Virus record (IMG/VR): IMGVR_UViG_3300017651_000192
Span: 1-31,458 of that record
Strand: one strand, 5' to 3'
DNA length: 31,458 nt
From: a virus
Taxonomy: Duplodnaviria; Caudoviricetes
Each line of letters opens with the position of its first letter. Position 1 is the stretch's first letter. A program made the translations under genes and the position numbers. Below are positions 8,031-15,919 of the stretch, piece by piece. The notes under the pieces were generated by a model. That model was not told where the DNA came from and did not search any database. It worked only from the letters and a program-made list of their open reading frames with translations.

Positions 8031-9341
8031 ATGGACCCTACGACCGCTGATATCATCGGGCAGGCACTCGCCGACCTGAAACGCCGCGCCCCTGTCTACA
8101 CGCTGTATCGCGACTACTACGACGGCGACCACCGCCTGACGTTCGCGACCCGCAAATTCTCCAACGCGTTCGGCAATCTGTTCGCCGCGTTTGCCGACAA
8201 CCTGAGCAGCACCGTCGTCGATGCCGCTGCCGACCGGCTGACACTGACTGGATTCGTGCGCGATTCGGGCGGCTCTGGCGCAGTTGCCGAGGCAATGAAT
8301 CTATGGCGGCGTAACCGCATGGATCGGCGGGCTGGCGAGGCACATACCGAGGCGCTGCTAACCGGCGACAGCTACCTGATTGTCTGGCCCAATGCTGAGG
8401 GCAAGGCCGTCATCCAGCCGCAGAAGGCCCACAACGTCACCGTCGGATATGACGACGAGAATCCCGGCCGGATTATCTGGGCCGTCAAAATCTGGCGCGT
8501 TCGCAAGCAGTGGCGATTGAATCTCTATCTGCCGGATCGTGTTGAGAAATGGGCGACGCCGGAGTCGAGCCAGTCCAGCGAGATGCCCGACAGAGCCAGC
8601 GCGTTTCAGGAGTATGAGATTGTGGGCGAGGCGTGGCCGTTGCCAAACCCCTACGGCGTTGTGCCGGTGTTCCATATGGCGAACAATGCGGGCGTCGGCG
8701 AGTTTGGCCGCTCGGAGCTGCGCGACGTTATTCCGCTACAGGACGCGCTCAACAAGAGCATCGCCGACATGCTGGTCGCGCAGGAGTTCGTGGCGCTGCC
8801 CCAGCGGATTATCACGGGCTGGGAGCCAGAGATTGACCCTGACACCGGCCAGCCGCGCAGCCTGCCGTCGAGTGTCGAGCGATGGACGGCGTTCGCTGAC
8901 GCGGGCGTCAACGTTACGCAGTTGGCAGGTGCTGACCTGACGCAGTTCCATTCGACGCAGGACGGATTTCGACGTGAGATTGCCGGAGTGAGCCGGACAC
9001 CCGCGCATTTCCTCGTGCCAACGACCGGCGACTGGCCGAGCGGCGAGGCGCTCAAAACGGCTGAATCGCAGTTCATCGCGAAGCTCCAGGATCGGCAGGT
9101 CGCGTTCGGCAACGTCTGGGAGGATGCGATCCGGTTTGCGCTGGTGATCGAAAACGTGACGGTTGAGGACCTGTCGGCAGTCTGGACCGACCCGACGCCA
9201 CGGTCGGAGAACGACATGGTGCAGCGCGTCAAGACGCACGTCGACGCGGGCGCGGCCTACGGCGGCGCACTGCGGCTCGTGGGATTCAGCGACGATCAGG
9301 TGAAAATGGCGACGGATTTTAGCGATACACCGGAGATGTAG
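8031..9341 (+). CDS. portal protein (SPP1 gp6-like)
   Basis: Follows TerL; YYDGDH, GRSEL..VIPLQDALNK, PQRIITG, SGEALK. Confidence 0.92.
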   Translation: MDPTTADIIGQALADLKRRAPVYTLYRDYYDGDHRLTFATRKFSNAFGNLFAAFADNLSSTVVDAAADRLTLTGFVRDSGGSGAVAEAMNLWRRNRMDRRAGEAHTEALLTGDSYLIVWPNAEGKAVIQPQKAHNVTVGYDDENPGRIIWAVKIWRVRKQWRLNLYLPDRVEKWATPESSQSSEMPDRASAFQEYEIVGEAWPLPNPYGVVPVFHMANNAGVGEFGRSELRDVIPLQDALNKSIADMLVAQEFVALPQRIITGWEPEIDPDTGQPRSLPSSVERWTAFADAGVNVTQLAGADLTQFHSTQDGFRREIAGVSRTPAHFLVPTTGDWPSGEALKTAESQFIAKLQDRQVAFGNVWEDAIRFALVIENVTVEDLSAVWTDPTPRSENDMVQRVKTHVDAGAAYGGALRLVGFSDDQVKMATDFSDTPEM

Positions 9342-9343
9342 CG

Positions 9344-9673
9344 GTGGACGATCTGCCCGAACTGACGCTAGCCATGATCCCCGAGGCGCGGGCATTCTGG
9401 GATGCTCATGTCCGTCGTGCTGACCGTGGGCTACTGGACACGCCACAGCCGGACGAACGCCGCGTTGAACGGGCGCTGGATGAGGTGTTGCGTCGTGCCG
9501 AGGCTGAGGCCGATGGGTGGGCCACGAGTCTGGCAGGCGGTGGCATGACGCTGGATGACTACGGGCTACGGATGCTGCACATGATCGCGATGACGCGCCT
9601 GTGTGCCATCGCGGCAGGGCGTGGCGGCTGGCAGCACATCACGGCAGGCGATCTGGCAGAGGAGAACGCCTGA
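9344..9673 (+). CDS. minor head/morphogenesis protein, N-terminal part
   Basis: Position after portal; LAGGGMTLDDY...AAGRGGW; TGATG-coupled to the next ORF. Confidence 0.55.
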   Translation: MDDLPELTLAMIPEARAFWDAHVRRADRGLLDTPQPDERRVERALDEVLRRAEAEADGWATSLAGGGMTLDDYGLRMLHMIAMTRLCAIAAGRGGWQHITAGDLAEENA

Positions 9674-9999
9674 TGGCGATGTCGTTTCGTGAGCAGACGG
9701 GCTTCCTCCAGCGGTTCATGGAACAGACGGCCAGTGGCGTGCAGCGTGTCGACGGGCGATTCCGGCAGCGTGCCAAGCAATACATCCGGGCGGCGAAGGC
9801 GCTGTTTGTCGAGACGAAGCGCAAGGTGAAGCGGCTCGTTGGCACGACGGAAGAGCGCCGCGTACTCGGCAACGCCGAACATTGCCCGGAGTGCATCGAG
9901 TACGCAGCGCGTGGTTGGGTGCCGGTTGGGACACTGCCGGTGCCTGGGGAGCAATCGAGCTGCCGGCAGAACTGCAAATGCCGCATGGAGTGGCGCTAG
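9673..9999 (+). CDS. MuF/SPP1 gp7-like minor head protein, C-terminal part
   Basis: GAGGAG SD; HCPEC...GW...LPVPG...CRQNCKC terminal motif. Confidence 0.7.
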   Translation: MAMSFREQTGFLQRFMEQTASGVQRVDGRFRQRAKQYIRAAKALFVETKRKVKRLVGTTEERRVLGNAEHCPECIEYAARGWVPVGTLPVPGEQSSCRQNCKCRMEWR

Positions 10000-10316
10000 G
10001 CCTCAGGCGGCTGCGCATTCCGCAGTATCCGATACCGCACTTCGTCGTCTTCCTGCATGACCGCAGCGGCCAGCCGGTCGAACCGTGAGCGCCAGTCAGG
10101 CGGCGTGTTCTCACCGTCTTTCGGTTCCCACTGGACGCAGCCATACATCGCGTTGGTGACGAGTTCTGCGCGGTACGATTCCCAATCCGTGGCATATGCG
10201 AGGGGTGGCGGGTCTATGATAGGCCTGCCGTCGGATGAGATGGTGAGTTCACACGCGCCCTGCTCAGGATCGTTGTCGAACTGTGCCCACCACTTGCACG
10301 TCTTGCAGTGATTCAT
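9996..10316 (-). CDS. Cys-rich hypothetical protein
   Basis: CKTCKWW...C...YGCVQW; GGAG SD; its stop overlaps the convergent gene's stop (CTAG). Confidence 0.7.
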   Translation of the reverse strand: MNHCKTCKWWAQFDNDPEQGACELTISSDGRPIIDPPPLAYATDWESYRAELVTNAMYGCVQWEPKDGENTPPDWRSRFDRLAAAVMQEDDEVRYRILRNAQPPEA

Positions 10317-10319
10317 CGT

Positions 10320-10763
10320 CTACTCCGACCGTTGGCTATCGGCGATCAACTCCTCCGGGTCTACACCTAACGCTGTTGCTAGTTTTCTGATCGTGCTGAT
10401 ACGCGGCTGATACGACCGCAGGGTGCCGTTAACCACGTCGTGATCCGCAACGCTCAGGTGGGAATACAACGCAGGCCACGGGTTGTAGAGTGGCATGCCG
10501 ACAGTGATCGCGTCTCTGGTCAGGCAGTATTCAGCGATCGCCATCTCTGCTCGCGTCTTCGTTGGCTCAACCACCGCAAAGACGAACGCGCCCTCTCCAA
10601 ACCGGCTCCAGTCATCGCGAAGTCGATGGTTCGTTGCGGACTTCCATCCGCCATTAAGGCTTTCACGATGCTGTCTCCATCGGCGTTCGATGTTCGTTGA
10701 GCCGCCGATGTACACGCGCCCCGTCACGCTATTCCTGATCGCGTAGACGCCGATCGTCGGCAT
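10320..10763 (-). CDS. GIY-YIG endonuclease with C-terminal XRE/Cro-like HTH fragment
   Basis: GVYAIRN...VYIG.S.NIERRW..H, later E and YN; C-terminal PRISTIRKLATALGVDPEEL; GGAGGTG SD before the ATG at 10763. Confidence 0.85.
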   Translation of the reverse strand: MPTIGVYAIRNSVTGRVYIGGSTNIERRWRQHRESLNGGWKSATNHRLRDDWSRFGEGAFVFAVVEPTKTRAEMAIAEYCLTRDAITVGMPLYNPWPALYSHLSVADHDVVNGTLRSYQPRISTIRKLATALGVDPEELIADSQRSE

Positions 10764-10938
10764 CGCCACCTCCTTCCACAAACGCTTGCACATCCTCGGG
10801 CCGTATGCGCCAGCCAGCACGTCGGCTAATTCGCGTGCCATTCAACCTCCCCGCCCGTAGCCAGTCACGAACCGTCTCGGGATGCACCTGTAACTGCTCT
10901 GCGACCTGTTTGACGGTCAACCATCGTTGTTCGCTCAT
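10729..10938 (-). CDS. excisionase-family (MerR-like/HTH_17) DNA-binding protein
   Basis: WLTVKQVAEQLQVHPETVRDWLRAGRL...WRIRPEDV; AGGAG SD. Confidence 0.9.
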   Translation of the reverse strand: MSEQRWLTVKQVAEQLQVHPETVRDWLRAGRLNGTRISRRAGWRIRPEDVQAFVEGGGDADDRRLRDQE

Positions 10939-10962
10939 GCGTCTCCTATCCATGCAATACAT

Positions 10963-11020
10963 AGCATATCACTGTGTTTGATGCTTGACTATCATGTATA
11001 TCACTGTATAATACTGTATA
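10963..11020. promoter_or_regulatory. AT-rich divergent promoter region with direct repeats
   Basis: Rightward TTGACT (10985-10990) - 16 nt - TATAAT (11007-11012). Leftward extended -10 TGATATGCT (10971-10963). TGTATA occurs three times at 10-bp period. Confidence 0.75.
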
Positions 11021-11055
11021 GAGAGTAACGCTAACACAGAACGGGAGAGGGCACG

Positions 11056-11355
11056 ATGACACGAGAGCAGTTGCAGGCGAACACCGAGGTCGCGAAGCAA
11101 CACATCGTTGTACGTGGCAATGGCGAGTGGGTTGTCCCGAGCCGTCGGCAGATCGGGCAGGTCTACATCGTGGCGCGGCGCAAGGGGCAGATGACCTGCA
11201 ACTGCGAGGCGGCGCTGCGCGGCATCCAGTGCTGGCACATCGCGGCCGTCAACGAGCGGTTCGCAGCGCCGGAGCCAGAGGAATCGCCGGAGATGGCCGA
11301 GACGCGGCGGCAGATGATGAACCTGTTGCGCGGCAAACCACAGTTTAGCGCGTAG
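11056..11355 (+). CDS. SWIM zinc-finger protein
   Basis: V.S...Y.V...CNC...CWHIAAV (CxC...CxH). Confidence 0.85.
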   Translation: MTREQLQANTEVAKQHIVVRGNGEWVVPSRRQIGQVYIVARRKGQMTCNCEAALRGIQCWHIAAVNERFAAPEPEESPEMAETRRQMMNLLRGKPQFSA

Positions 11356-11363
11356 AGGGAATG

Positions 11364-11389
11364 ACGGGGCGGCGATTGTGCCGCCCCGT
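11364..11389 (+). terminator. intergenic hairpin (terminator-like or processing site)
   Basis: ACGGGGCGGC-N6-GCCGCCCCGT perfect 10-bp stem; weak U-tract. Confidence 0.55.
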
Positions 11390-11408
11390 TCTGATAGGGA
11401 GGCACGGC

Positions 11409-11576
11409 ATGAAGAAACTGGCGATTGACTACAGCGACATGACCGCCGACGATCTGGCCGAGATGGAGTACAACGACCTGCCACCGCAGCGGGAACGCAT
11501 GGCGCAGCACGAGCGTGAGGCGGCGCTGGCAGAGCTGGCGGAATTGTTCGGCGAGATGCCGGAGCAGCCTGATTGA
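11409..11576 (+). CDS. small acidic hypothetical protein
   Basis: GGGAGG SD; 55 aa, D/E-rich. Confidence 0.65.
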   Translation: MKKLAIDYSDMTADDLAEMEYNDLPPQRERMAQHEREAALAELAELFGEMPEQPD

Positions 11577-11602
11577 CGTAACGCCCACTCATCGGCTAGA
11601 CT
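11573..11602 (+). promoter_or_regulatory. putative sigma70-type promoter for capsid/tail operon
   Basis: TTGACG (11573-11578) - 18 nt - TAGACT (11597-11602). Confidence 0.65.
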
Positions 11603-11622
11603 GACAGCACAACCAGATAGTG

Positions 11623-11677
11623 CGGAGGCAGTGCCCCGTTGATGACCGGAAACGGTCGTCGCGGGGCACTTTCGTTT
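11623..11677 (+). terminator. leader copy 2: 17-nt box + terminator-like hairpin before scaffold gene
   Basis: CGGAGGCAGTGCCCCGT, outer stem AGTGCCCCG/CGGGGCACT, inner stem GATGACCG-GAAA-CGGTCGTC, then TTTCGTTT. Confidence 0.75.
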
Positions 11678-11689
11678 GCGAGGAATCGA

Positions 11690-12220
11690 ATGGCAGACGA
11701 TCCACAGGTCGACGCGACCCAGGCGGACGCCGAGACCACGCCCCAGGCGGGCACCGAATCCCAGCAGCAGCCGGAGACGACCCAGGCGGACGCTCCGACG
11801 AACGACGGCGGGCTGAGCCGCGAAGAAGCGCGCAAGCTGCGCAACGAAGCCAGCAGTCTGCGAAAGCGGCTCAAGGACCTTGAGGACGCGCAACTCTCGG
11901 AGTCCGAGAAGCTCAAGCGGGACTTCGAAGCGACCACCGCGGAGCGCGATGAACTGCGCCAGACGCTGCGCTCAATGCGTGCCGAGGCTGCCGCGCGTGA
12001 CGCCGGTGCCGTCTATCCCGACCTCGTTGCTGGCCGTATCGATCCCGAGGCGATCGACGATCCGAAGGCGCTGTCTCGCGCGATGACCGATCTGAAAGCG
12101 CAATACCCGTCGCTGTTCAGGAGCCAGAACGGCTCAGTGGACGCCGGGGCTCGCGGTGACGTTGTCGCTACTCGTGACATGAACCAGTTGATCCGACGGG
12201 CGGCCGGGCACAGCGTCTAG
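11690..12220 (+). CDS. capsid scaffolding protein
   Basis: GAGGA SD; acidic low-complexity N-terminus, coiled coil (KLRNEA...LEDAQLSESEKL), C-terminal DMNQLIRRAAG; precedes the major capsid gene. Confidence 0.85.
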   Translation: MADDPQVDATQADAETTPQAGTESQQQPETTQADAPTNDGGLSREEARKLRNEASSLRKRLKDLEDAQLSESEKLKRDFEATTAERDELRQTLRSMRAEAAARDAGAVYPDLVAGRIDPEAIDDPKALSRAMTDLKAQYPSLFRSQNGSVDAGARGDVVATRDMNQLIRRAAGHSV

Positions 12221-12246
12221 GCCGCTGAAACGAAACGGAACCCGAC

Positions 12247-13191
12247 ATGCCCTATAACTCATTGATTAGCCGTGCCGACGCGGCGGCGATGATTCCGGAG
12301 CAGGTGTCCAACGCCATGCTCGGCAATCTGTCCAACACCAGTGCCGCGCTGGCCACATTCACCCGCATTCCGGTCGCACGCAATCAGGTGCGTTTCCCCG
12401 TCCTGTCTGCGCTGCCAACGGCCTATTTCGTCACTCCGACAGATACCGGTCTCAAGCAAACGACCGAGGCAGCATGGTCGAACGCCTACCTCAACATTGA
12501 GGAGCTGGCCGCTATCGTCCCGATCCCCGAAGCCGTCCTCGACGATGCTGGCTACGACGTGTTCGGGGCCATCCAGCCGCTGCTGGAACAGGCCATTGGC
12601 CGCGCCCTTGATGCCGCTGTGTTTTTCGGCACGAACGCGCCCTCGTCGTGGCCGACCAACGTCGTGGCTGCCGCTGTCGCGGCTGGCAACGTCGTTGCAC
12701 GCGGCGCTAACGCCGTATCTGAGGGTGGCTACACCGGCGATATCTCGGATTTGTTCGCGACACTGGAAGAAGACGGATACAACCCGAACGCCATCATTGC
12801 GAACACAACTGTGCGTGCGTTCCTGCGGAACAATCGCGCGACCGACGGCCAGATGCTCCAGGAGGTTTCGACCGCGCAGGCGTTCGGTGTGCCGGTGACG
12901 TATCCGATGGCGGGCCAGTGGCCGAGTGGCACGAGTGTGGCTGAGGCCATCGCGATGCAGCGTGAGAATTTCGTGATCGGTGTCCGGCAGGACATCACGT
13001 ACAAGATCATCACCGAGGGTGTTATCACCGACAACACCGGGGCGATTATCTACAACCTCCCACAGCAGGACATGGTCGCGCTGCGCGTCGTGTTCCGTGT
13101 GGGGTGGCAGGTCTCCAACCCGATCAACTACCAGCAGGTCACCGAGGGTAGCCGTTACCCGGCGGCAGTCCTGCGAACTCCGGCCACCTAG
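12247..13191 (+). CDS. major capsid protein (HK97 fold)
   Basis: IPEQVS, EELAAIVPIPEAVLDD, ALDAAVFFG, QQDMVALRV; size and position fit. Confidence 0.92.
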   Translation: MPYNSLISRADAAAMIPEQVSNAMLGNLSNTSAALATFTRIPVARNQVRFPVLSALPTAYFVTPTDTGLKQTTEAAWSNAYLNIEELAAIVPIPEAVLDDAGYDVFGAIQPLLEQAIGRALDAAVFFGTNAPSSWPTNVVAAAVAAGNVVARGANAVSEGGYTGDISDLFATLEEDGYNPNAIIANTTVRAFLRNNRATDGQMLQEVSTAQAFGVPVTYPMAGQWPSGTSVAEAIAMQRENFVIGVRQDITYKIITEGVITDNTGAIIYNLPQQDMVALRVVFRVGWQVSNPINYQQVTEGSRYPAAVLRTPAT

Positions 13192-13193
13192 TG

Positions 13194-13397
13194 ATGACCG
13201 AGGAGGAACGCGCGGCGCTCTACCGTAGCCAGCAGGCGCAGATGGCACGCCAACGCGCGACCATTGAGCGGGGGCTGGCCGGCAATGCCGCCGCGCGTGC
13301 CGCCCTCGATGACGACTATGAGCCGATTGTCCAGTGGCTCGCAGAAAGGAACTCGACCGATGACGGAGAAAAAGGCTCCCGCATCCTCGCGAACTGA
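13194..13397 (+). CDS. hypothetical protein
   Basis: ATG 2 nt after the capsid stop; overlaps the next ORF by 38 nt. Confidence 0.5.
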   Translation: MTEEERAALYRSQQAQMARQRATIERGLAGNAAARAALDDDYEPIVQWLAERNSTDDGEKGSRILAN

Positions 13398-13539
13398 CGA
13401 CGTCGGGCATTCCGAGGTGCAGTCGGCGTTCGACGAGGCCAACGAAAAGGGCTATTTCGGCACCGTGCCGGACGAGCGGCCCAATGAGGACTACACGCTA
13501 GCCGGTTCTGTTCGGCGGGCGAAGGAGGAACGGAAGTGA
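13360..13539 (+). CDS. small head-associated hypothetical protein
   Basis: AAAGGA SD; EVQ...EKGYFG.VPD..PNEDYT.AG; GTGA overlap with the next gene. Confidence 0.65.
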   Translation: MTEKKAPASSRTDDVGHSEVQSAFDEANEKGYFGTVPDERPNEDYTLAGSVRRAKEERK

Positions 13540-13949
13540 GCGGACAAGCGCCACTGACGAAGACCTATAGCGTCATCATTCCGGGTGCGGCTGCCAATGC
13601 CGATTTCGTCGCCACCATCTGTGCGGCGGAGTTTGCTGGCACGCTGACCGAGGCGTTCTACATCGCGGACACGGCCATCACCGGTGCGAACACGGAGAGC
13701 CGAACGCTCAACATCCTGAACCAGGGCACCGATGGCGCGACCGGCGACGCGGTGACGATGGCAACGACGGCGTTTGTCTCCGGCACCAACGCAGCGCAGT
13801 ACCACCGTACCGATCTGGCGCTCTCCAGTACTGCGGCGAACCTCGACGTAGAGGTCGGCGATGTCCTGACCGTCCAGTCGCTGCACGTTGGCACGACCGG
13901 GCTGGCCGATCCGGGCGGCACCGTGTTCGTTACGCTGAGCCGGGCATAG
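13536..13949 (+). CDS. putative capsid decoration/cement protein
   Basis: A/T/G-rich beta protein downstream of the capsid gene; GGAGG SD. Confidence 0.6.
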   Translation: MSGQAPLTKTYSVIIPGAAANADFVATICAAEFAGTLTEAFYIADTAITGANTESRTLNILNQGTDGATGDAVTMATTAFVSGTNAAQYHRTDLALSSTAANLDVEVGDVLTVQSLHVGTTGLADPGGTVFVTLSRA

Positions 13950-13953
13950 TCCG

Positions 13954-14304
13954 ATGACCGAGGAGCAGGCGCTGGCTCGATTGCAGGCTATGGTCGCCTA
14001 CGATGCCGACCCGGCGCTAGACACCGATGAAATGGACATGCTCCTCGATGTAGCGCGGCGAGCAGACGCAGACGGGCTGGCACCGAGTGACACGGGCTGG
14101 GCTCCGACGTGGGATCTCAACGCCGCGGCAGCCGAGGGCTGGCGCTGGAAAGCCGCGAAAGTGGCGAACCGCTACAACGTCGCGACGGACGGCCAGTCGC
14201 TCAGTCGCTCCGATCTGATTGCACACTGCGAACGCATGGTCAGTCAATATCAGCGCCGCATTGCTAGCAGCGTACCGATGCGGGGCGCGTGGACGGAGGC
14301 ATAG
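13954..14304 (+). CDS. head-tail adaptor
   Basis: WDLNAAAAEGWRWKAA...DGQSLSRS; position fits. Confidence 0.75.
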   Translation: MTEEQALARLQAMVAYDADPALDTDEMDMLLDVARRADADGLAPSDTGWAPTWDLNAAAAEGWRWKAAKVANRYNVATDGQSLSRSDLIAHCERMVSQYQRRIASSVPMRGAWTEA

Positions 14305-14493
14305 ATGCCACAGTGGGTGTATTTCGCGGACCATTCCGAGGCGGTCCGGCTGGATCATTACCGACGCCACGAGGACGAATACAAGGACCGGCTGATCGCC
14401 TACATCCTCGATACCCGGACCGGCGAACGCAGTCCAGAACTGCCGAAGCCGCGCACCAAACGGCCATCGGAGCAGGCCAGTGATACCGAGTAG
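14305..14493 (+). CDS. hypothetical protein
   Basis: GGAGG SD; abuts the upstream stop. Confidence 0.55.
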   Translation: MPQWVYFADHSEAVRLDHYRRHEDEYKDRLIAYILDTRTGERSPELPKPRTKRPSEQASDTE

Positions 14494-14830
14494 CGAACTG
14501 GCACTCCTCCGCGCCGATCTCACCGGCGTCCTCGCTGACTCCTGCGCGGTCGTGCGGGTGACGCGGACGCAGACCGACTCGGGCGGCTGGACGGAGGCGA
14601 CAACGACGCAATCTGCGCAACCGTGCCGTGTGGGGCCACTGAGCGGGCGTGAGCGCATCGCAGGCGGCAAGATCGCCGAGGAGTCTGATCTGGTCATGAC
14701 GCTGAAATACGACGCGGATATCCGCAGTGATGACCGCGTTACACACGGCGGCAAAACGTACGAGGTTGTGTCGATTGATGACCGCACCGACCGGCTGGTT
14801 CGGCGGGTGTACGTGAGGAGAACGGGATGA
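14480..14830 (+). CDS. head closure/stopper protein (SPP1 gp16-like)
   Basis: TDSGGW...LSGRE...DIRSDDRV...TYEVVSI. Confidence 0.8.
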   Translation: MIPSSELALLRADLTGVLADSCAVVRVTRTQTDSGGWTEATTTQSAQPCRVGPLSGRERIAGGKIAEESDLVMTLKYDADIRSDDRVTHGGKTYEVVSIDDRTDRLVRRVYVRRTG

Positions 14831-14949
14831 GCGCGTTCCTGCACACGTTCAGCGCGTTTGACATCATCGTCCTCGCCATGTCGTTGACATCTATAGCCAT
14901 GACACTCAACCAGATGCGCCGACGCAGGCGCGCAGAACGGACGGGTTAG
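14827..14949 (+). CDS. 40-aa membrane micro-protein (below ORF-track cutoff)
   Basis: GAGGAG SD and ATGA overlap; MSAFLHTFSAFDIIVLAMSLTSIAMTLNQMRRRRRAERTG. Confidence 0.6.
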   Translation: MSAFLHTFSAFDIIVLAMSLTSIAMTLNQMRRRRRAERTG

Positions 14950-14952
14950 CAG

Positions 14953-15144
14953 ATGCCACGGAGCGCAGCACTCGAAATCAGCGTACTGGATATCGAGCCG
15001 GTGATGGCGGTCGTTGAGACTGCCAGTGTCGTGCTACAGGTGCTGTCAGAGCAGAGCTCCATCAGCGCCGATACCGATGCAGCGGTGGCGTTGCAGGACG
15101 CGATGGACGGGCTGCTGGATCATCTGCGGGAAGGCGGCGAGTAG
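14953..15144 (+). CDS. hypothetical protein
   Basis: Fills the gap with 2-3 nt spacing on each side. Confidence 0.55.
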   Translation: MPRSAALEISVLDIEPVMAVVETASVVLQVLSEQSSISADTDAAVALQDAMDGLLDHLREGGE

Positions 15145-15146
15145 AG

Positions 15147-15479
15147 ATGGCTATTCGGGTTCGCATTAGTAACAACCGGCTGCCTGACATCGCGCGGCAA
15201 CTTCCTATCGCGCGTCGCACCATTGTGGCTCGCCGTGGCGCAGAGATGCGTGACATCGCAGCCCGACTGAGCCGAGTAGATACCGGCGAGATGCGGGAAG
15301 GCTGGGAGTTTCGCGAGACAAACCAGGGCGGCGTCTTGGAGAATCAGGTGCCGCACACCGTCTTCAATGAGTACGGCACCGTGAAGATGACTGCGCAACC
15401 GATGGCACGACCAGCCGCCGAGCAGACATTCCCCAAGATCATCGAAGACTTCGAGAACTTGGAGGGTTTGCTGCGATGA
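15147..15479 (+). CDS. HK97 gp10-family neck/tail completion protein
   Basis: VDTGEMREGW...EYGTVKMTAQPMARPA. Confidence 0.88.
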   Translation: MAIRVRISNNRLPDIARQLPIARRTIVARRGAEMRDIAARLSRVDTGEMREGWEFRETNQGGVLENQVPHTVFNEYGTVKMTAQPMARPAAEQTFPKIIEDFENLEGLLR

Positions 15480-15919
15480 CCGCGTTCGAGCCATTCATCG
15501 CCAAACGCTACGTGCGATCACGGCTGATCCAGTCTGCAACACTGGCCGGGCTGATCGGCACGAGCGTCTACGCCGATGTGGCACCGAGCGGCTCCGCTGC
15601 GCTGTACGTCCTGATGACCGTCGTGAGTGCTGAGGATCTCATGGTCGTTGGCGCTGATCGTGTCTGGTCGAATGTCCTGATGCAGGTCGAGGCATGGGGA
15701 CGGACGGCAGACGACGCGGTGGTGGCACAGGTCGCGGCAGCCATTGATGGCGCGCTCCACGACACCAACGGTGCCATGACCGGCGTTGATTACGGGAAGG
15801 GCATCGTGTTCAGCAGCACGCGAGAGCGCGCACTGAATCTGCCGCCCGAGGTTGACGGTGACGTTATCTGGCGTCGTGCAGGCGGCGAGTACCGCCTGAA
15901 GGTGCAGGCCAGCGCATGA
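15476..15919 (+). CDS. tail terminator protein
   Basis: LIGTSVY...P...YV...QVEAW; located between the gp10-like gene and the tail tube gene. Confidence 0.78.
   Translation: MTAFEPFIAKRYVRSRLIQSATLAGLIGTSVYADVAPSGSAALYVLMTVVSAEDLMVVGADRVWSNVLMQVEAWGRTADDAVVAQVAAAIDGALHDTNGAMTGVDYGKGIVFSSTRERALNLPPEVDGDVIWRRAGGEYRLKVQASA

Noticed and set aside
6926-8056. 376-aa minus-strand ORF
   Set aside because: Antisense shadow of TerL.
10729-10938. HTH gene as evidence of an integration/excision module
   Set aside because: No integrase or att-like site nearby; this family also contains plain regulators.
5799-11041. GCTAACACAGAA at 5799-5810 and 11030-11041, both upstream of an SD
   Set aside because: Only two copies of a 12-mer; chance matches of this length are expected in 31 kb, and A/C-rich pre-SD sequence is common.
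11639-11689. Upstream start for the scaffold gene given by the ORF track
   Set aside because: It lies inside the leader hairpin; ATG 11690 has an SD.
11715-11793. 16-bp direct repeat CGACCCAGGCGGACGC
   Set aside because: Encodes repeated TQADA in the low-complexity scaffold N-terminus.
12259-13410. 383-aa minus-strand ORF
   Set aside because: Antisense shadow of the major capsid gene.
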